Part shown: in pieces, positions 39,476 through 49,427 of the stretch
How the letters are laid out: each line of letters opens with the position of its first letter
Numbering within the stretch: the stretch's first letter is position 1
The notes under the pieces: model-generated
What the model saw: the letters and a program-made list of their open reading frames with translations, nothing else
Databases searched by the model: none
Told to the model about the DNA's origin: nothing
Assembly (NCBI RefSeq): GCF_910592395.1
Contig: NC_088313.1
Span: forward strand, 17,702,500 to 17,766,499
Direction of reading: 5' to 3'
From: Lineus longissimus
Lineage: Eukaryota
Length of the DNA: 64,000 bases
Translations under genes and position numbers: made by a program

Positions 39476-39609
39476 GCACTGGCTTTACTGTTGATGCATT
39501 CCGTTATGGTACAATTCCAGACTGTACAGGGTATTTCCTCACCCATTTTCACTATGACCACTATGGGGGACTGGCTAAAAAGTTCTCACAGCAGATCTAC
39601 TGCAATCAG
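39476..39609 (+). CDS. DCLRE1A: DCLRE1A-like exon 3, metallo-beta-lactamase HxHxDH motif
   Basis: (G)[44 protein letters not shown]. Acceptor ttcag at 39471-39475; donor cag|gtaaat. Confidence 0.9.
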
Positions 39610-39743
39610 GTAAATTCCTCAACAAGCTGCAACTTTGAATAGGTTAAATAGGGTATAACAAGTCAAATACTGAGACCAGAGTAATAATGTATTCATCATT
39701 TGAGTTGACAGAAAGTTCAGGTCTCTGGATATGCTCTTTTCAG

Positions 39744-39862
39744 ATCACCTGCAATCTTGTCCGTAAGAAAATTGGAGTCACAGCCAAGTTCATAACGGTT
39801 CTCCCTATGAATGAGCCATGTGATGTACAGGGGGTTAACGTCACACTCCTCGATGCCAATCA
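39744..39862 (+). CDS. DCLRE1A: DCLRE1A-like exon 4
   Basis: ITCNLVRKKIGVTAKFITVLPMNEPCDVQGVNVTLLDAN(H). Human is ITGNLLKNKLHVQEQYIHPLPLDTECIVNGVKVVLLDANH. Confidence 0.9.
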
Positions 39863-40218
39863 GTAAGTTTTTTCAAGTATTACAACTCCGTGTTAATGAA
39901 AAAAGACAATGCCAATATGGTTGTCAAATAAAATCATACTATGGGAGTTCTTACCTACTGATGAGACACGAAAGACATAGGTACAATTAGGTTACGAAGG
40001 ACTGTCTTTTCTATCCGTGCTATCCAACAAATTACTTGCAAACACAATGAGCAATGTACGGAAACCTGACCAAATGCATAGCAGACCTGCCATGACTGTA
40101 AATAAACAGAATAGCCACGATTGTGTCCCTGGAGAGTGAAACCAACTCGCCAAGTTACTGCAAGGCATTTTGACTGAAATCTAATGTGTGATTATTGTCT
40201 TCTTTCCCAATCGTCCAG

Positions 40219-40362
40219 CTGCCCTGGTGCTGCAATGTTTTTGTTCCGATTGCGTAATGGTCAGACAATCCTTCATGTTGGTGATTTCCGTGCAAGTCGA
40301 GCCATGGAGAGTTACCCTGCCTTGACGGGCACCAAGATTCATCAACTCTACCTCGATACAAC
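40219..40362 (+). CDS. DCLRE1A: DCLRE1A-like exon 5
   Basis: CPGAAMFLFRLRNGQTILHVGDFRASRAMESYPALTGTKIHQLYLDTT. Human is [32 protein letters not shown]...LYLDTTY. Donor ac|gtaagt. Confidence 0.9.
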
Positions 40363-40545
40363 GTAAGTCTGCAAACAATATCATTCTCAAAGTAAAGAAA
40401 GCTGTTAAAGAAGCCTCTCAAGGCAATTTGATTATTCTGTACTGCTTTCAGTTTTTCTTCAAACAAGCCACCATCAGCAACTTGTGTTTGTCATCCTACT
40501 TGTACCAATCAAGCCTTGTCATAGACTGATACTCTTTATCCTCAG

Positions 40546-40691
40546 ATACTGTGATCCAGCGTACACATTCCCACCTCAAGAAGAAACAATAGCGATTACT
40601 GTTAACATTGTCCTTGAAGCGATTGAAGATGATCCGAACACTCTATTCGTATGTGGAACTTACACAATCGGGAAAGAAAAAATATTCTTAG
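40546..40691 (+). CDS. DCLRE1A: DCLRE1A-like exon 6
   Basis: YCDPAYTFPPQEETIAITVNIVLEAIEDDPNTLFVCGTYTIGKEKIFL. Human is [48 protein letters not shown]. Confidence 0.9.
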
Positions 40692-40871
40692 GTAGGTTCT
40701 GTGAATGGGTCTGAATCTGTCCAGGCAAATATTGGCATCCGTCCTGACTTTTAACATCTCCTAACAGCAAGAAATAAGTAAAGAATTAGCATAAGTGACT
40801 AACATTGTCTTGAGCTGAGGCCTTCTTATAATTACATGTGGCCAACTCAAAAAGACTATACTGTTTTTCAG

Positions 40872-41026
40872 CCATTGCAGAAGCACTCAGCTGTAAAGTG
40901 TGTGTGAACAAGGACAAGAAGGACATCCTGGAATGTCTAGAAGACCAGCATATAAAGGACATCCTGACTCTCCGATGGGAAGACACCAAGGTTCATGTCT
41001 TGCCAATGGGGCAACTCAATGCGAAG
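40872..41026 (+). CDS. DCLRE1A: DCLRE1A-like exon 7
   Basis: AIAEALSCKVCVNKDKKDILECLEDQHIKDILTLRWEDTKVHVLPMGQLNAK. Donor aag|gtagat. Collinear with human AIADVLGSKV...LLPMMQINFK. Confidence 0.85.
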
Positions 41027-41357
41027 GTAGATGCAAACCACACATCAGAATTACAGTAGCTTTGGTTCCATGGAAAATATTGATGCAAAGATCCCAAGAT
41101 GACGATGACTGTAATTGTCAACTACATGTCACAAGCTGAAAAATATCTTCCACCTTGAAACAATGAGCAGAGCCTTAACTACTGTTTACATTTGGTCACA
41201 GCAATGAATGTTGATGATGTCATGTGAAGCAATTCCGGAGACGTTTAGCCCTCTTGCTGATAAATAACTGAGCCAGACTTGGATTCATTTTATCATTACT
41301 TTTCAGAGAGTGTTGTTCCAAGGAGTCTCTTGTGTAAAATGATAAATTTCCTTGTAG

Positions 41358-41502
41358 AGCCTGGAAGTACATCTACAGAAATACAAAGGGAAATATTCTA
41401 AGGTGGTAGCTTTTGAACCAACTGGATGGACCCACAGTAAACAGAAGAAGACATCTAACAAACTCCAACCAAAGTTTAAGAATGATTCAATCATAATCTA
41501 TG
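41358..41502 (+). CDS. DCLRE1A: DCLRE1A-like exon 8
   Basis: Acceptor ttccttgtag. SLEVHLQKYKGKYSKVVAFEPTGWTHSKQKKTSNKLQPKFKNDSIIIY(G). Human is GLQSHLKKCGGKYNQILAFRPTGWTHS...GNISIYG. Confidence 0.85.
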
Positions 41503-41840
41503 GTAGGTATTAAAAACAGCCTGTGATGACCCCAAGTACAATAAAGTCACAATCACGTCCTGTTGGACAGCTGTATTTGTACAAGTCACAACCAGTAATT
41601 CCCATGAAAAACAAACACTGTGATTTCTTCATAAATCAATCGACTAGGTACATGAAATTGCAGTTCTAACCTATATTTCAGTCAGGCCAAGCAGACTGTG
41701 AGATGTCCTGATTTTTCATCCCAAAATGGCTTCTGACAGAACCATCCTCCAAAAAATGGCTCTCAAAAGAACAATAGAACATAATCTGCCTCTCTGTATT
41801 TATCAATTTTATTTTCAAACTAAGAAATTTTGTATTCCAG

Positions 41841-41995
41841 GTATTCCATACAGTGAGCACAGCAGTTATTTGGAAATGAAGCGGTTTGTTCAATTCATGC
41901 GACCAACAAGAATTCTTCCAACAGTGAATAACGGTAGTGCCAAAAGTCGCCAGAAGATGACGGCTATATTTGATGAATGGATGCATGAGAACTGA
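41841..41995 (+). CDS. DCLRE1A: DCLRE1A-like exon 9 (terminal, stop TGA at 41993-41995)
   Basis: (G)[50 protein letters not shown]. Human is [47 protein letters not shown]. Confidence 0.9.
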
Positions 41996-42768
41996 ATTAG
42001 TGTTATTCCAGACTCTTGCATAGAGGGTGTGGTGGACTAATATTGTGTGCTGTGATGCAATATGTCTCTGTCCGGTTGTGAAATTCAGCAATTCCTCCAT
42101 GTCGCCAATCATGATGTCCACGCCTGTGAGCATGCACAATTGCCTTGTTAGCGTACATAGAGGTAATGCGCATGTTCACAGGCAATGATATCCAAATTGG
42201 CTGCAGAGATGATGCTGTACAAAATGTACGACATGGTTGTACTACTTGCTATAGAGTGTCTCAAAAAAATATTCACTTCTATTCAGTTGGATCCAATCTA
42301 AGATGGAGGTTGTTCCAATCTAAGATAGGGGTTCCTGATTGTTTCAAGGTTAACTTCAGATGATCATTTTGGTCCAGCTTGACTATCAGTCATGGTGGCT
42401 ACCTCACAAACAACTAACACCTGTAACTTTTGTCCAATTATTGATTGTTTCTTATCTTTATTGTATTACTTTTTGTAACAAAGATTTTGTCAAGTTGTTT
42501 GATTGGAATTCATAGGTTTTACGAGTTAATATACATTTATCAGGTTTTTTCAAATTGTTGTTTCTTGTTTATTTGATAATTTGGTATCTTTGAATATATT
42601 CTCAAAACAAATTAATGAGAACAGAAGGATCTAGATGAGAACAGAGACCAGCCTCAAGTTTGTGTCCTCATTTCTTATTCCTGATGGGGAGGTACAAGCT
42701 CTAACAGGAGCCGCCACTTGCAAGTAAATATTGCCACGTGGTGTATGTTATGTTGTTGCTGACCTAGA

Positions 42769-43298
42769 TGACGTCATTTTCTAAAAATAGCCGAATTCCT
42801 GTTAAAACTCGTTCACCTTGGTCGTGCCTTGCCTGGTCGTGCCTGGAACAGTTCAGTTCCTGAGAGTGACTAACCCTTGTTCAGTTGATCAGCATAGCAC
42901 AAATTATCGTCCTGGTGAAATTTACCATGATTTATTCTACCATTTGCACAAATGTAACAAGAAAATGCATTTCTAAAAGAAGGCATAAGCCACTTTCTTC
43001 ACGAAATGCACAAATTCTCCCAAATTGAGGGGGTTGGGCCCTGGGAAATTTTCCTGAATTTGATTGCTGCAATTTTACTGACGTCACGAGTCACGTGGCT
43101 TTGATGGATCAGGACTCCATTTTGACAGAATCAAAACACAAACAGTTCTTGTCACTTGAGTAGGCCCTATCTGGATTCCTCCTATTTCTGTCCGAATTTC
43201 ACTGTTAATAAACGTTCTAAATTTGAAAGGAGGCGATCGTTAGGAAGAAAAGGATCGAATCTTTAAATCTAGTGAATTAGCAAGTCCAAATCTCAAAG
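42769..43298 (+). promoter_or_regulatory. Putative CREBRF promoter and non-coding first exon
   Basis: Two full palindromic CRE sites TGACGTCA at 42769-42776 and 43079-43086. E-box CACGTG near 42736 and a TCACGTGG element at about 43091. A good donor caaag|gtaagg at 43298/43299. The acceptor ctctttttag at 45100 lies just before the CREBRF ATG at 45125. Confidence 0.4.
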
Positions 43299-44193
43299 GT
43301 AAGGCCGTTGTTTTTCTCTTTCATTTTGTCTTCGAGAAACTTCCTTGTCACTTGTGCAATCAAAATGGCAGGAGGCCTCGTTTTTCTCGGAAGACAGGCC
43401 TACATTTGCCACTGATTTCTGTCCCTTCCCCTCACCATAACTCTTTTAAAAAATTGTCATTATAACTGTTTAAAGTCCAAGAATAGAAATGCATAGAGTC
43501 TGGCCGGTGTCATTGCCTTTTAAACGGAAGTCTAGGGAAGAACATTTCATTCCTCGTGTTGGAAAACTTGAGCGGCCATGCTGGATTTTCGCGCGCGTGA
43601 CTGAATTTTTTCTCCCAGGTTCTTACTTATTTTCACTGGTTTTCCTGGTGTTCTGAACCTTTGATTCATGTTCCTGCTTTTTTAATGCTATTTCATTTAT
43701 CTCAACTCAAGATTACCTCTTCGAATAAAACAATAAAGAAAAAATAGACAGTTTTGTGCTGGCTTCCTGCTGGGTTGTAAACACGTGAGTTTGTTATTGT
43801 TTTGATTTGAGAGAGAAAGGGGGATGGGCTTCCTTCTCTTCCATTTTATCCCCACTTCACTTGCCCTGTGGCTTTCAAACTGTTATTGTCAAAACATAGA
43901 AGTCTTCGTATCTATTTTACAAATATTATTAGCAAAAGATGTGTGGACTTTTGACTTCACAGCCTGAACTATCAGCTGTTTCACTTTGGTGATGAAAAAA
44001 TTAACATAATTTATGTCATGATGTGACCTGAGGTGAACCAGTTTATCTAATGCCAGGGTCATGATATTGAACTTCCATAATGTCAAGGCTGTATTTAACT
44101 GGCTCTCTTGGGGGAAGGAACACCATTTCCTACCCAGACCTAGATCATGCAGCTCTGCACAGAAAACCTGTTTTTCTGAAACATTGGGGCAAT

Positions 44194-44230
44194 GGGGGGG
44201 GGGGGGCAGCAATTACCCCCCCCCCCCCCC
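44194..44230. repeat. G13 - 9 bp spacer - C15 homopolymer inverted structure
   Basis: ggggggggggggg cagcaatta ccccccccccccccc. Confidence 0.9.
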
Positions 44231-44689
44231 TCTTTGAAAAGGGACGGACAATCATGCCTTGTCCCTATCGATTGCTTAGATGGGACATCCATGTCTTAAC
44301 ACCATAATAATTGTCTGACGGACAACCACCAGTCTTTGTCCCAATTTACAGTCTCCTAAAGACAACCTTGAGTGAGCCAGGCCATCAGTAGCCTTTAGAT
44401 CGGTCCCCACCAATCAAATGCCTGAAGGTCAACACGTTAGTTGTCCATTAGTGCCCCTTCATATTCTTCCTTGGCCAGTATGTCTTCTCAGTTCTGATCA
44501 AAGCCTTCTTAATATTGATAACCCTGGGGGTCTTAAAACAATAACGACAGGAGGACTCCTATCTTAAAGCAAGCTGAAAGTGAAATGAGTGCTTCATCGA
44601 CATCATGTTAGTGCAGATCCCCCTTGGGCAGGTGATGTAGTTGTAAAATCATAGGTCCCAGTATGTAGTTGTAAAATCATAGGTCCCTG

Positions 44690-44710
44690 CCCCCCCCCCC
44701 CCCCCCCCCC
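44690..44710. repeat. C21 homopolymer preceded by a duplicated 24-bp motif
   Basis: tgtagttgtaaaatcataggtccc occurs twice at 44650-44690, followed by 21 C. Confidence 0.9.
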
Positions 44711-45124
44711 GTGTGAAAATCACCATGCCAATTTCAATCTTGTGGTTCACAACTTAACGGCTGATTATCCTTTTATTTTCAGTTTTCTCCTTAATAAGAG
44801 TTACATAAACCAGAGAAACGTCTAGTTTTGGGCACCAAGTTGGGCCAGAGGCCAGCAAATGTAGGAACTTGGGATTTGGCCAGACTGGTGGATTATATCT
44901 GCTGGCAGGTCAGCAGTTTGTCCCTCTACAGATGACTGTTGACAGCAACCTGGCCATGAAGGGGGTAAGTAATACCTGCACTTGTATTGATTGGCGCATA
45001 TTGGGGTGGGTTGACAAGTCATGCAGTGTTCTTTTAAAAAAATGCAAGTTATATACAATTTACTATTGATTATGGTGGTTTTCTTGTCTTCTCTTTTTAG
45101 CCTATCATCAGCAAGACTGCGAGC

Positions 45125-46094
45125 ATGGAACTCACACCTAGTGGGGTACTTCCTGATTTGCCGCACCTCTCTTTTCCAATGGATCACCAATTGAGTCCAG
45201 ATTTGAGCACGTACGCATCGAGTCCAAATTCACTCTTCATGTATGAACAAGAACGCAATGACATGCAGAATTCCTTTAATCCAAGATGTGCATCAAGGTC
45301 CCGCTATCACAGTAGCATGTCGGAATCCAGCGACTCCATGCAAGTGGAAGGCATGGATATGGAGTATGTGCAGATGCCCGATTTTTTGTCAAGCTCGTAC
45401 AGTTCCTGTGACACAAGTGCCCCACTGGAGGGGACGTCGCAACCAGAGACAGTATGGGAGGGAAGCAATTTCAACAGCCCCGGCAGTGTTAAAATGGAAG
45501 ATGTTTTCCAAACAGATGCAGTCGCAAATAAAGGTCCGACGTTGGCTGCACTGAATGCCAATGGTGAATGTGACGAGTCGATTTTCGATGATATCGAAAG
45601 TGTAATCCGAGATGATTTGGCTACATCAGATATGTCTGCTTTGGAGTGTCCGCTTCCCACGAGCAATGCCCAGGACGTCAAGCCTAAGATTGTACGGCCA
45701 TTGTGCTCCAAGCCTCAGACATTTTTTTCGACTGCTTCGCCTCCCATCCGGAATCCATCGCAAGTGACTGCCATGTCGTCTTTTACATCTACTGCCCCTC
45801 TGCCCAACGACCAAGAATCTGCACAGGACAATAAGGTATCCTTGCACAGACTTCTCATGCAAAAGTCTGTTGGTGAGATGCCTACCCAATCAGTGCCGAG
45901 TCCTCCTTGTTCTCTACCCAGTCCAAGTATGATAGTGCCCAATGATTCCAAAGTCAGCTTGAAGCGATCTCTACACGTGGATGATCAGAAATGGGCAGAG
46001 GTAGAGCGGTTTTTGCACGAGGAAAAACTTTTACCAGCAAATGGGGCTAAAGCTGAATTGGCTGCAACTGGTGTTAGTGGCAGACTTCGACATG
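45125..46094 (+). CDS. CREBRF: CREBRF-like gene, first coding exon
   Basis: ORF MELTPSGVLPDLPHLSFPMDHQ...FMYEQERNDMQNSFNPR... resembles the human CREBRF N-terminus ...DFMYELDREMNYQQNPRDNF. It ends at donor catg|gtgagt in phase 1. Confidence 0.8.
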
Positions 46095-46761
46095 GTGAGT
46101 ATTTTCAATCCTGTACTTCTTGTGTGTGTCTGCAGTCTGTGGCTGTGACACCGTTATTGACGACTATTTAAATTCTAGCTTAGTGTTACCTGTGAACTCG
46201 GAAATTTTACTATTTATGATGGCGGCCTTTAATATTGCGTCACTGATGTGACAAAATCTTGACTGTAATCTGAATTGATCTATAAATCTTTAATGTCTTG
46301 ACTTGACTGTACATAACAATTTACATGATGTTGTGATGATGGCTGTTGTCGCCCAAAATCCTGTATAAAATATGAATTGTCTTAGTAATAATTATAGTTT
46401 ATTTTCTTCTTGATAATAATTGTACAATTTATATATATTTTGTAGAAGTAAAGTCTTTTTAAAAAGTTAGCTGATTTCATTTCGAGGACATGAGCTGCCA
46501 GAAGGATGAACAAAGAAATGATTTATGATTCTGAACCCGTGTCCTATATTGTCATAAAATAATAGTATATTAATTTTAATAAGTACTCATCTTGATAAAG
46601 AGGGTTGATCAGCATGGGAATTTTACCAATTCACATTGTTCATACCACAACATGTGTCTTGAATATTTTGGTTTCCCATTTTTGAATGGAAGTGGGTGGG
46701 AGTTTTGGCAGAGCCGGTGGGAGGTTAAAGAAAATACTTCATAAGGAGTTTCTTGTTGCAG

Positions 46762-46890
46762 ATTCCAATGCGTCTAGCACAGTGTCGCACATGTCCCATA
46801 TAAAGGAGGAGATAGACTCGCACGACGAAGGCTTTGGAAGTGACCATGGGGAGAGTGAGGCAGATGATCGAGATTGGCTCTCAGAATCTG
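46762..46890 (+). CDS. CREBRF: CREBRF-like exon with acidic DEGFGS motif
   Basis: (D)SNASSTVSHMSHIKEEIDSHDEGFGSDHGESEADDRDWLSES(G). Human has HDEGFGSEHELSENEEEEEE. Acceptor gttgcag; donor ctg|gtatgc; phase consistent. Confidence 0.8.
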
Positions 46891-47862
46891 GTATGCAACC
46901 TCAGGTCCGATGGTATGCAGAGTTCCCAGTGTCTGAGTTACAATTGGTTCCTATGCTCTCCTTATTTTTGCAGGGTTCCTGCTCTCTGTTAGTAAATGAC
47001 ACGCTGTACGAGAAAATGTGCCCTCTTTAAAATGCAGGGACCAAACAGAAGAGCATCGTATGTGAACAGTTTCTTGTACATCGTGTCCTTTAACTTAAGG
47101 GTCAAGTATGCCATAGATTGTTTCATATTTCGATGTAACACCTCGGTCCTAACACCATGTCCGTGCTACATGTGCGAGAAAAAAACTTGTTCTTTTCCCT
47201 TCCCGCTATTGTAATTGTGGATGTTTTTGATAGTCCGGAAATTTGTAAATTTGACATAAAAATTTTAATAATCAAGAGTCATGGTCATGCAACAGTTCAA
47301 TCTTTGGTGACTACTTGAGAGCAAAATATCACCCTGACTAATTATTGAAAATAATGAATGGACTTCAAGATATCGTGAAATTCCACCTTGACTTCAGTTC
47401 TTAATTTCGCGCCTCCATTGTATCCGAACATTACGTGGTCGTTCAGTGGCTCAGTAATAAGTCACAAAAGCACTGGGAACCCTGTGTCCACACTTTTCTT
47501 TGTCATTCTTACATTGCATGTTTTCGTGCAGTCTAATTGATGCGTAGGGTACCTAGCACCTCAAATAGAAATAATTATTATTTGTATGATAGTAGATGGA
47601 GTATATTTCGTTATTTTTTAAATGAAAATTGTGTCTTATTGCTTCTTTGACTTTAGTCTTCACTCTGATGGACATGTCATCATCCATAATTTCTGCTGTC
47701 GTCCTAAGTCACTGCTAAGTATTGTGGATTCTTCCCTCCTGCATGTTTACTGCACTATATCTTGATTGACGAATTGTTGTCTACTGAAAGAATGAGTGAC
47801 CATTCAAAACCCTGCTCCGCTTGTGATGCCATTTGTTGATTGTGTTCCATTCTTATTTGCAG

Positions 47863-48253
47863 AAACCGATGACAGCTATGATCATCTGTATGGCCAGTCT
47901 GGGTCACAAGATCGCCACAAGGAACCACAATATTTCTGGCAATACAATGCTCAGTCGAAAGGTCCAAAACAGTCACGTTTATGCATCCCTGTGTCTTCAG
48001 TGGATCCACATGTTCTCCACAACTTCGAGGATCCGGTGTTCGATCCCGGACACAGAGACACGGCTATCCGCCATGGCGGGAAAGCGAGGAGAGGCGATGG
48101 AAATGATATTCAGCCAAATCCTAAGAAACTTTATCAGATCGGTAACGAGTTACGAAAATTGTCCCAGGTTATCAGCGATTTGTCTCCAAGTGGTAACGTG
48201 CCAGTGAGTGTCCGGAACAAGTCTAAGAGAGAAAAGAACAAACTTGCTTCGAG
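47863..48253 (+). CDS. CREBRF: CREBRF-like exon ending in the basic region
   Basis: ETDDSYDHLYGQSGSQDRHKEPQYFWQYNAQ...NDIQPNPKKLYQIGNELRKLSQVISDLSPSGNVPVSVRNKSKREKNKLAS(R). Human is KRGKRRYFWEYSEQ...DLTPNPKKLLQIGNELRKLNKVISDLTPV...[29 protein letters not shown]. Confidence 0.9.
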
Positions 48254-48702
48254 GTCAGTATGAAGTTGTTTGATGTCCACAAGTTGGAGCTACTGAGGTT
48301 TGACGCATTGTCTTTGGTCCTTTATAAAGAAATCGTGATACTGCCTTTTCAAGGGAGCATTCCAGTGACAATAGCGCGAGTTCCTTTTGCCAAAACAGAA
48401 AAATTGAGCACCAGGAAATGTTTAACATGAAGTGTCTGTTAGAATCATGCACTGTAAGATATCTTAAGCATAGACTTTGACATTTGTTCCATGTTAATTC
48501 CACTCACAGGACATAATATCAATTATTTTTGACCCAAACTGTGACAGGCTTTGCCCTTCTAAGACCTGGAAAAGATAATGCAAACATTCATCCTGGAAGT
48601 TGGGCTAATTCCTAAGTTTTTGAGAGAGGAATGTTGTTGTTCTGGTTCTAACCTTCACCTAGCTTGTGTTGTGAAATTTATTCTTAAAATTTCTTTTTTC
48701 AG

Positions 48703-48776
48703 GGCCTGTCGGCTGAAGAAAAAAGCACAGCACGAGGCAAATAAAGTCAAGCTGTTTGGATTGGAACAAGAGCATG
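48703..48776 (+). CDS. CREBRF: CREBRF-like exon with bZIP-like basic motif
   Basis: (R)[24 protein letters not shown](G). Acceptor tttttcag; donor catg|gttagt. Confidence 0.9.
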
Positions 48777-49427
48777 GTTAGTATATAGCTTTTCACTATC
48801 CTGGAAGTTTATAGCCTGATGGGATTTTCCATGTGTAGCGGTAAAAGGGCTTATAATATTTGTCACTCTGAACTCGAACCCAAAGACTAAACCAACTAAG
48901 ATATATATTTACATTATTTATTATCCACGTCCCTCTAACCTCATTTACAATCGACACTAAAATATTACAAAAATATGGCGCACAATAAAATATCAACAAG
49001 AGATCATATAAAAGAATCTTACCATGCTGTAAGGTCAAGGGTGAAGTCAATTAAAATATTCTGGCGCTTTTCAAGAGAGATGTCTTGTTTAGCTACAGAG
49101 CGTGAAGGCTGGCTTTCTGGATCTGCCAGGACTTACTAAAAACATCTGAACATCATTATTTATACCTAATTATACACACCCCTCATGGGTAAATAGCCTA
49201 GCCCAAATATCAGGCTCTGAGCCAACTAGCACTCAGTAATTAAGGAAACAACCAATCAGTACACAGCAGCATCAATACAAGATTATCAGACAGGGCCAAG
49301 GGCAGGAGCCTAGTAACCAGCTGCTAATCAGGAAGATCATAAAAGGGGTCAAACAGCTTAAAAGATAGAGATTATAAAACAATGAAAAGGAGCAATTAAG
49401 AAAGCAGGTGTTGAAACTCATAACGGT

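Noticed and set aside
41678-42139. 153-aa minus-strand ORF overlapping the terminal DCLRE1A-like exon
   Set aside because: It is antisense to a well-supported conserved exon and has no recognisable features. Most likely chance.
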